From: a virus
Lineage: Duplodnaviria > Heunggongvirae > Uroviricota > Caudoviricetes
DNA length: 13,485 nucleotides
Reading direction: 5' to 3' (one strand)
IMG/VR virus record: IMGVR_UViG_2703718857_000001
Span: 1 to 13,485 of that record
Shown here: piece after piece, positions 7,648 through 13,485 of the stretch
How positions within the stretch are numbered: position 1 is the first letter of the stretch
Layout: each line of letters opens with the position of its first letter
Notes under the pieces: model-generated
What the model was told of the DNA's origin: nothing
What the model saw: only the letters and a program-made list of their open reading frames with translations
Database searches by the model: none
Made by a program: the position numbers and the translations under genes

Positions 7648-9466
7648 ACTTACTGAAATCTCGGCTATTGGATACGTTGTAGGATTAGAAGGGGAAAGAA
7701 TTAGGATAAACCTGCATGAGGGGTTGCAAGGCAGATTAGCATCGCATAGAAAGGGGGTGAGCTCAGTAACGCAACCAGGAGATCTTATTGGGTTCGATGC
7801 AGGTAATATATTAGTTGTCGCAAGAGTGACAGATATGGCATTTGTTGAAGCGGATAAAGCGCATAAGGCAAATGTAGGCACATCTGATTTAGCTGATATA
7901 CCTCTAAGACAAATTATCGCCTATGCAATTGGCTTTGTGAAAAGGGAGTTAAATGGTTATGTTTTTATATCAGAAGATTGGCGCTTACCTGCATTGGGTT
8001 CTTCTGCTGTTCCTTTGACTTCAGATTTTTTGAACATCATTTATAGTATTGATAAAGAAGAACTCCCAAAAGCGGTTGAATTAGGTGTGGATTCTCGAAC
8101 TAAAACCGTTAAGATATTTGCAAGTGTTGATAAATTATTGTCGCGACACTTAGCCGTTCTTGGTAGTACAGGATATGGTAAATCAAATTTCAATGCTTTG
8201 TTAACGAGGAAGGTTTCTGAAAAATACCCTAACTCAAGAATAGTTATTTTTGACATAAATGGTGAATACGCGCAAGCTTTTACAGGTATTCCAAATGTAA
8301 AGCACACTATTCTAGGGGAATCCCCAAATGTTGATAGTTTGGAAAAAAAGCAGCAAAAGGGTGAGCTATATAGTGAAGAGTATTATTGTTATAAAAAGAT
8401 ACCATATCAGGCATTAGGTTTTGCTGGGTTAATTAAATTATTAAGACCAAGTGATAAAACACAATTGCCCGCATTAAGAAATGCATTAAGTGCAATTAAT
8501 CGGACTCATTTTAAAAGCCGTAATATTTACTTGGAAAAAGATGATGGTGAAACTTTTCTTTTGTATGATGATTGTCGTGACACAAATCAAAGTAAATTGG
8601 CTGAGTGGTTGGATTTATTAAGGCGTAGACGTCTTAAAAGAACGAATGTATGGCCACCGTTTAAAAGTTTAGCGACTTTGGTTGCTGAATTTGGATGTGT
8701 AGCTGCTGACCGTTCTAATGGAAGTAAACGTGACGCGTTTGGTTTTAGTAACGTGTTGCCATTGGTAAAAATCATACAACAACTTGCAGAGGATATAAGA
8801 TTTAAATCTATTGTTAATTTAAATGGAGGGGGTGAGCTAGCAGATGGTGGAACGCATTGGGATAAAGCTATGAGTGATGAAGTTGATTACTTCTTTGGTA
8901 AGGAAAAAGGACAAGAAAATGATTGGAATGTTCATATAGTTAATATGAAAAATTTGGCACAAGATCATGCTCCAATGTTACTTAGTGCATTGTTGGAGAT
9001 GTTTGCTGAGATACTATTTAGACGTGGGCAGGAACGTTCGTATCCTACGGTACTTTTGTTGGAAGAAGCGCATCATTACCTGCGTGACCCTTATGCTGAA
9101 ATTGACTCACAGATTAAAGCATATGAACGACTTGCTAAAGAAGGTAGGAAATTCAAATGCTCTTTAATTGTCAGTACTCAGCGACCCTCAGAGCTTTCTC
9201 CTACTGTTTTGGCAATGTGTTCAAACTGGTTTTCGTTACGTTTGACTAATGAAAGAGATTTACAGGCTCTCAGATATGCAATGGAAAGCGGTAATGAACA
9301 AATCTTAAAACAAATATCAGGTTTACCAAGAGGTGATGCTGTTGCATTTGGTTCTGCATTTAATTTGCCTGTAAGAATTTCAATTAATCAAGCAAGGCCA
9401 GGGCCAAAATCTTCAGATGCTGTTTTTTCTGAAGAATGGGCTAATTGTACAGAATTACGTTGTTAA
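7634..9466 (+). CDS. HerA/FtsK-like P-loop ATPase (DUF87-type), partner of the SIR2-like protein
   Basis: Walker A GSTGYGKS (about 8162..8185). Walker B hhhhEEAH as VLLLEEAHH (about 9058..9084). STQRPSEL sensor-like motif. Start ATG 7634 has strong RBS AAGGAG at 7622..7627 and overlaps the SIR2 stop (7645..7647). 610 aa. Low GC. Confidence 0.85.
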   Translation: MSLFKLTEISAIGYVVGLEGERIRINLHEGLQGRLASHRKGVSSVTQPGDLIGFDAGNILVVARVTDMAFVEADKAHKANVGTSDLADIPLRQIIAYAIGFVKRELNGYVFISEDWRLPALGSSAVPLTSDFLNIIYSIDKEELPKAVELGVDSRTKTVKIFASVDKLLSRHLAVLGSTGYGKSNFNALLTRKVSEKYPNSRIVIFDINGEYAQAFTGIPNVKHTILGESPNVDSLEKKQQKGELYSEEYYCYKKIPYQALGFAGLIKLLRPSDKTQLPALRNALSAINRTHFKSRNIYLEKDDGETFLLYDDCRDTNQSKLAEWLDLLRRRRLKRTNVWPPFKSLATLVAEFGCVAADRSNGSKRDAFGFSNVLPLVKIIQQLAEDIRFKSIVNLNGGGELADGGTHWDKAMSDEVDYFFGKEKGQENDWNVHIVNMKNLAQDHAPMLLSALLEMFAEILFRRGQERSYPTVLLLEEAHHYLRDPYAEIDSQIKAYERLAKEGRKFKCSLIVSTQRPSELSPTVLAMCSNWFSLRLTNERDLQALRYAMESGNEQILKQISGLPRGDAVAFGSAFNLPVRISINQARPGPKSSDAVFSEEWANCTELRC

Positions 9467-9623
9467 TTACCTGATGTACATGGCTAGTGCAAGTTGGTAG
9501 CGCATGTCTATATGCATTTATTTGCATGTGTTTTATTGAGTGAGCGCACAAGCTTGATGACCCGACAGGTATGTATTTAGACTGAATTTACACCTGCATT
9601 AAAACCGCCCCACGAAGCGGGCG

Positions 9624-9642
9624 GGCGAGGCGGGGAAAGCAC
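9624..9642. other. cos: cos cohesive-end sequence (P2-type 19-nt)
   Basis: GGCGAGGCGGGGAAAGCAC matches my recollection of the P2 cohesive end. It lies in the expected position between the cargo slot and Q, within a GC-rich region with short direct repeats (GCGGTGGTG at 9652 and 9748). Confidence 0.65.
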
Positions 9643-9784
9643 TGCGCGCTGGCGGTGGTGCTGATTTTATTTTTTCAGCGTCTGAGCGCGTCGTGGCGGC
9701 GTTTAGATTTTGCGCCGGGGCGTTGCTGTGTCTGCGGGCTGTTTTGTGCGGTGGTGAGCGTGTGAGGGCGTGATGACTGGGTGT

Positions 9785-9806
9785 AAAAAAGCCGCCCGCA
9801 GGCGGC
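9785..9806 (-). terminator. Rho-independent terminator downstream of Q (minus strand)
   Basis: On the minus strand: GCCGCC-TGCG-GGCGGC hairpin followed by TTTTTT, immediately 3' of the Q stop (9812..9814). Confidence 0.7.
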
Positions 9807-9811
9807 GATGT

Positions 9812-10846
9812 TCAGCCGTTGTCAGTGTCCAGTGAGTAGTTTTTAAAGCGGATGACCTCCTGACCGAGCCAGCCGTTTATCTCGCGGATCCTGTCCTGTA
9901 ACGGGATAAGCTCATTGCGGACAAAGACCTTTGCCACTTTCTCAATATCACCCAGCGACCCGACGTTCTCCGGCTTGCCGCCCATCAACTGAAAGGGGAT
10001 GCGGTGCGCGTCCAGCAGGTCAGCGGCGCTGGCTTTTTTGATATTAAAAAAATCGTCCTTCGTTGCCACTTCACTGAGCGGGATAATTTTAATGCCGTCG
10101 GCTTTTCCCTGCGGGGCATAGAGAAACAGATTTTTAAAGTTGTTGCGGCCTTTCGACTTGACCATGTTTTCGCGAAGCATTTCGATATCGTTGCGATCCT
10201 GCACGGCATCGGTAACGTACATGATGTATCCGGCATGAGCGCCATTTTCGTAATACTTGCGGCGGAACAGCGTGGCCGACTCATTCAGCCAGGCAGAGTT
10301 AAGGGCGCTGAGATATTCCGGCAGGCCGTACAGCTCCTGATTAATATCCGGCTCCAGCAGGTGAAACACGGAGCCGGGCGCGAAAGGTGTCGGCTCATGG
10401 AAGGACGGCACCCACCAGTAAACATCCTCTTCCACGCCACGGCGGGTATATTTTGCCGGTGAGGTTTCCAGTCTGATGACCTTACCGGTGGTGCTGTAAC
10501 GCTTTTCCAGAAACGCATTACCGAACACCAGAAAATCCAGCACAAAGCGGCTGAAATCCTGCTGGGAAAGCCACGGATGCGGAATAAACGTTGAAGCCAG
10601 AATATTGCGTTTAACGTAAATCGGCGAGCTGTGATGCACGGCAGCACGCAGGCTTTTTGCCAGACCGGTAAAGCTGACCGGCGGCTCATACCATCTGCCG
10701 TTACTGATGCATTCGACGTAATCCAGAATGTCACGGCGGTCGAGCACCGGCACCGGCTCACCAAAGGTGAATGCCTCCATTTTCGGGGCGCTGGCAGTCA
10801 TTTTTTTTGCCGCAGGTTGCGGTGTTTTCCCTTTTTTCTTGCTCAT
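9812..10846 (-). CDS. Q: Portal protein (P2 gpQ-like, 344 aa)
   Basis: 344-aa ORF adjacent to cos, co-oriented with and coupled to P (ATGA overlap at 10844..10848). Size and position match P2 Q. Confidence 0.9.
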   Translation of the reverse strand: MSKKKGKTPQPAAKKMTASAPKMEAFTFGEPVPVLDRRDILDYVECISNGRWYEPPVSFTGLAKSLRAAVHHSSPIYVKRNILASTFIPHPWLSQQDFSRFVLDFLVFGNAFLEKRYSTTGKVIRLETSPAKYTRRGVEEDVYWWVPSFHEPTPFAPGSVFHLLEPDINQELYGLPEYLSALNSAWLNESATLFRRKYYENGAHAGYIMYVTDAVQDRNDIEMLRENMVKSKGRNNFKNLFLYAPQGKADGIKIIPLSEVATKDDFFNIKKASAADLLDAHRIPFQLMGGKPENVGSLGDIEKVAKVFVRNELIPLQDRIREINGWLGQEVIRFKNYSLDTDNG

Positions 10847-12303
10847 CAGTAAAACTCCAGAATGGTGGATGTCAGCGGGGTGCTGATACCGGCGGTGAGT
10901 GGCTCATTTAACAGGGCGTGCATGGTCGCCCAGGCGAGGTCGGCGTGGCTGGCTTCCTCGCTGCGGCTGGCCTCATAGGTGGCGCTGCGTCCGCTGCTGG
11001 TCATGGTCTTGCGGATAGCCATAAACGAGCTGGTGATGTCGGTGGCGCTGACGTCATATTCCAGACAGCCACGACGGATAACGTCTTTTGCCTTGAGCAC
11101 CATTGCGGTTTTCATTTCCGGTGTGTAGCGGATATCGCGCGCGGCGGGATAGAACGAGCGCACGAGCTGGAACACGCCGACACCGAGGCCGGTGGCATCA
11201 ATACCGATGTATTCGACGTTGTATTTTTCGGTGAGTTTGCGGATGGATTCAGCCTGGGTGGCAAAGTCCATGCCTTTCCACTGGTGACGCTCAAGTATTC
11301 TGAATTTGCCACCGGCCACCACCGGCGGTGCCAGCACCACGCATCCGGCGCTGTCGCCACGGTGTGACGGGTCGTAACCAATCCATACCGGGCGGGAGCC
11401 GAACGGATTGGCGGCAAACGGTGCATAGTCTTCCCATTCTTCCAGCGTGTCGACCATGCAGCGTTGCAGCTCCTCGAACGGGAACACCGATGCCTTGTCG
11501 TCAACAAATTCACACATGAACAGGTTTTTAAAATCGTCGGCGCTGTTTTCGCGTTTGAGCTGCTCAATGTCGAACAGCGTGCAGCCGCCTTTCAGGGCGT
11601 CCTCAATGGTGACAATCTGCCGCCACTGGCCGTCCGCACAGAGAAGCCCACCGGCAAGGGCGTTATGACTGACGTCGATTTCCACACGTTCGGCGGCGCT
11701 GGCGCGTCCCCGGTTAAACAGTTCACCCGACCAGAACGGGTAGGCGTCGTGCGCCAGCGTGGACGGGGTGGAGAAATAGGTCGAGCGCAGGTGGCTCTGT
11801 GAGGCCATACCGGATGCCACCTTACGCAGTACCTGAAAATTCGGGATCCAGAAAATCTCATCGACGTACAGGTCGCCGTTATGGCTCTGTGCGGTGTTGG
11901 AGTTGGTGCCGAGAAAAATCAGTTTTGCGCCGTTATTACCCAGGACAATCGGGTCACCGGTCAGGTCAACGTCAACCAGCCGGGCAAAGGCGATGATGTA
12001 TTCGCGGAACACATACGCCTGCGTTTTACTGGCCGACAGAAAAATCTGGTTATGACCGGTTTTCAGGGCGCGCAGCAGCGCCTCGCGGGAAAAATAAAAC
12101 GTCGCGCCAATCTGGCGGGATTTCAGGATATCGCGGATGCGGTGCTCAAGCCCGGCGCGATAAATGCCACGCTTTACCTTTACCCTGGCCCCGAAAGCGA
12201 ACCCATTCGCGCTGCCGCCGTGAAAAAACTGGAAGCGTATATCACGGCACAGCACCGGCTGGGGCGCGACATCCGACTGTCTGCCATTTATGCCGCTTTG
12301 CAT
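10846..12303 (-). CDS. P: Terminase large (ATPase) subunit, P2 gpP-like; probably 5'-truncated, with the first ~45 codons of this ORF not genuine P sequence
   Basis: Terminase-type deviant Walker A-like motif KSRQIGAT (compare T4 gp17 SRQLGKT, lambda gpA KSARVGYS). 485-aa ORF versus ~590 aa recalled for P2 P. Its 5' end (about 12160..12303) is antisense to a protein-like plus-strand reading frame. Confidence 0.75.
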   Translation of the reverse strand: MQSGINGRQSDVAPQPVLCRDIRFQFFHGGSANGFAFGARVKVKRGIYRAGLEHRIRDILKSRQIGATFYFSREALLRALKTGHNQIFLSASKTQAYVFREYIIAFARLVDVDLTGDPIVLGNNGAKLIFLGTNSNTAQSHNGDLYVDEIFWIPNFQVLRKVASGMASQSHLRSTYFSTPSTLAHDAYPFWSGELFNRGRASAAERVEIDVSHNALAGGLLCADGQWRQIVTIEDALKGGCTLFDIEQLKRENSADDFKNLFMCEFVDDKASVFPFEELQRCMVDTLEEWEDYAPFAANPFGSRPVWIGYDPSHRGDSAGCVVLAPPVVAGGKFRILERHQWKGMDFATQAESIRKLTEKYNVEYIGIDATGLGVGVFQLVRSFYPAARDIRYTPEMKTAMVLKAKDVIRRGCLEYDVSATDITSSFMAIRKTMTSSGRSATYEASRSEEASHADLAWATMHALLNEPLTAGISTPLTSTILEFY

Positions 12304-12357
12304 GTGGAAGGCGTGCAGCGTGTCGAACTGGCTGCACCGCTGGCCGCTCTTATGTAG
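12181..12357 (+). pseudogene. 3' fragment of a phage structural gene (baseplate J-like C-terminus suspected), lacking its 5' part
   Basis: Protein-like frame ...YPGPESEPIRAAAVKKLEAYITAQHRLGRDIRLSAIYAALHVEGVQRVELAAPLAALM*. It has no own start or RBS, and upstream in frame it runs into the antisense of P. Family assignment from memory only. Confidence 0.4.
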
Positions 12358-12359
12358 AC

Positions 12360-12503
12360 CAGAGTAAAAACGAATATCACATCAGCCTGACGGGCGGTAC
12401 TGCGCCGGGGACACAACTTGATCGCCAGTTACAGGATGCGCTCGAAAAATACGAGCGGGATAAACGTGCGCGTGCCCGTGCCAGCATGATGCATGACGGT
12501 TAA
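12360..12503 (+). pseudogene. 3' fragment of the gene upstream of U (tape-measure T C-terminus suspected), in a different frame from the preceding fragment
   Basis: Protein-like frame QSKNEYHISLTGGTAPGTQLDRQLQDALEKYERDKRARARASMMHDG*, ending 15 nt before the U start with AAGGAGG in between. Upstream in this frame is not protein-like. Confidence 0.35.
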
Positions 12504-12517
12504 GGAGGTGACGAAAA

Positions 12518-12997
12518 ATGATGCTCGCGTTAGGTATGTTTGTTTTTATGCGCCAGACGCTGCCACACCAGACCATGCAGCGTGAATCAGATTATCGCTG
12601 GCCGTCAAATTCCCGTATCGGTAAACGGGATGCCTACCAGTTTCTCGGTGTGGGTGAGGAAAACATCACGCTTGCCGGTGTGCTTTATCCCGAACTGACC
12701 GGCGGCAAGCTGACGATGGCCACGCTCAGGCTGATGGCAGAGGAAGGCCGGGCGTGGCCGTTGCTGGATGGCACCGGCATGATTTACGGCATGTATGTCA
12801 TCAGCAGGGTGAGTGAAACAGGGAGTATTTTCTTTGCAGACGGCACACCCCGGAAAATTGATTTTACGCTGTCGCTCACCCGCGTTGATGAATCACTGGC
12901 CGCGCTTTATGGCGATATCGGTAAACAGGCGGAATCGCTCATCGGTAAGGCTGGCAGTATGGCGACTAAATTCACGGATATGACGGGGGCGGGATAA
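12518..12997 (+). CDS. U: Tail protein U (P2 gpU-like, 159 aa)
   Basis: 159-aa ORF with strong RBS AAGGAGG. Stop overlaps the start of the next gene (TAATG). Position upstream of D matches the P2 tail operon. Confidence 0.85.
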   Translation: MMLALGMFVFMRQTLPHQTMQRESDYRWPSNSRIGKRDAYQFLGVGEENITLAGVLYPELTGGKLTMATLRLMAEEGRAWPLLDGTGMIYGMYVISRVSETGSIFFADGTPRKIDFTLSLTRVDESLAALYGDIGKQAESLIGKAGSMATKFTDMTGAG

Positions 12998-13485
12998 TGC
13001 TGGATGCACTGACATTTGATGCAGGCAGTACGCTGACGCCGGATTACATGCTGATGCTCGACAGCAGGGATATTACCGGCAATATCAGCGACCGTCTGAT
13101 GAGCATGACCCTGACGGATAACCGGGGCTTTGAGGCTGACCAGCTTGATATTGAACTGAACGATGCCGACGGGCAGGTCGGGCTGCCGGTTCGTGGCGCT
13201 GTCCTGACGGTGTATATCGGCTGGAAAGGTTTTGCCCTGGTATGCAAAGGGAAATTTACCGTTGATGAGGTTGAACACCGGGGCGCACCGGATGTGGTCA
13301 CCATCCGCGCCCGGAGTGCAGATTTTCGCGGGACGCTCAATTCCCGCCGTGAAGGCTCCTGGCATGACACCACGCTCGGTGCGATTGTTGAGGCGATAGC
13401 CTCCCGTAACAGGCTGGAAGCCAGTGTCGCTCCGTCACTGGCCGGAATTAAAATCCCGCACATCGACCAGTCGCAGGAGTCTGAT
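12997..13485 (+). CDS. D: Tail protein D (P2 gpD-like), 5' portion only; continues beyond window end
   Basis: Open frame from ATG 12997 to the window edge (163 codons, no stop). N-terminus MLDALTFDAGSTL... is P2-D-like from memory. Follows U as in P2. Confidence 0.85.
   Translation, partial: MLDALTFDAGSTLTPDYMLMLDSRDITGNISDRLMSMTLTDNRGFEADQLDIELNDADGQVGLPVRGAVLTVYIGWKGFALVCKGKFTVDEVEHRGAPDVVTIRARSADFRGTLNSRREGSWHDTTLGAIVEAIASRNRLEASVAPSLAGIKIPHIDQSQESD

Larger units (their letters stand above)
477..13485. mobile_element. P2-like prophage, partial in window (right end beyond window); apparently defective with late structural genes deleted
   Basis: Gene order int-C-cox-B-(small ORFs)-A-cargo-cos-Q-P matches P2 prophage organisation. 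Capsid (O,N,M,L), lysis and most tail genes are absent between P and U. Confidence 0.85.

Noticed and set aside
7084-9167. ORFs 7084..7338 (-), 7549..7881 (-), 8041..8307 (-), 8587..8775 (-), 8967..9167 (+) within the SIR2/HerA genes
   Set aside because: Antisense or alternate-frame ORFs inside genes whose main frames carry clear catalytic motifs. No start signals.
9640-9780. GC-rich short repeats near cos considered as a possible CRISPR array or REP element
   Set aside because: No regular repeat-spacer periodicity and repeats are only about 9 bp. The location matches the cos/terminase-recognition region instead.
9985-11996. Many overlapping ORFs on both strands across Q and P (9985..10284, 10004..10462, 10285..10764, 10631..10852, 10918..11367, 11112..11567, 11328..11519, 11447..11668, 11464..11802, 11592..11861, 11799..11996)
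   Set aside because: Shadow ORFs typical of GC-rich coding DNA. The minus-strand Q and P frames are the only ones with portal/terminase-like sequence and translational coupling.
11881-12180. 5' two-thirds of plus-strand ORF 11881..12357
   Set aside because: This part is antisense to terminase sequence and reads poorly as protein. Only the 3' part from about 12181 looks like genuine coding sequence, so the ORF as listed is not a gene.
12382-13463. Minus-strand ORFs 12382..12576, 12907..13365, 13044..13463
   Set aside because: Antisense to the U and D tail genes and to the upstream fragment; no independent support.

Overview
This window is the left part of a P2-like temperate prophage, integrated beside a small host lipoprotein gene (1..318). 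From left to right it holds a candidate attL core (477..503), integrase (-), C repressor (-), a divergent switch region with operator-like direct repeats, then cox, B, four small ORFs and the rolling-circle replication gene A (+). The slot where P2 carries its non-essential tin/old cargo (6279..9600) is instead filled by a low-GC two-gene operon: a SIR2-like NADase-type protein and a HerA/FtsK-like ATPase with overlapping stop/start. This matches the described SIR2-HerA anti-phage architecture and is the most interesting content; whether it is a diverged or new variant cannot be decided without a search. Downstream are a cos-like site, an intrinsic terminator, portal Q (-) and terminase P (-). 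P appears 5'-truncated and abuts tail/baseplate gene fragments, then tail genes U and D (+), so the whole capsid, lysis and most tail gene block seems deleted. The element therefore looks like a defective P2-like prophage that still has its integration, immunity, replication and cos functions plus a defense cassette. All homology statements rest on motif reading and recalled P2 gene order and sequences, not on a database search.
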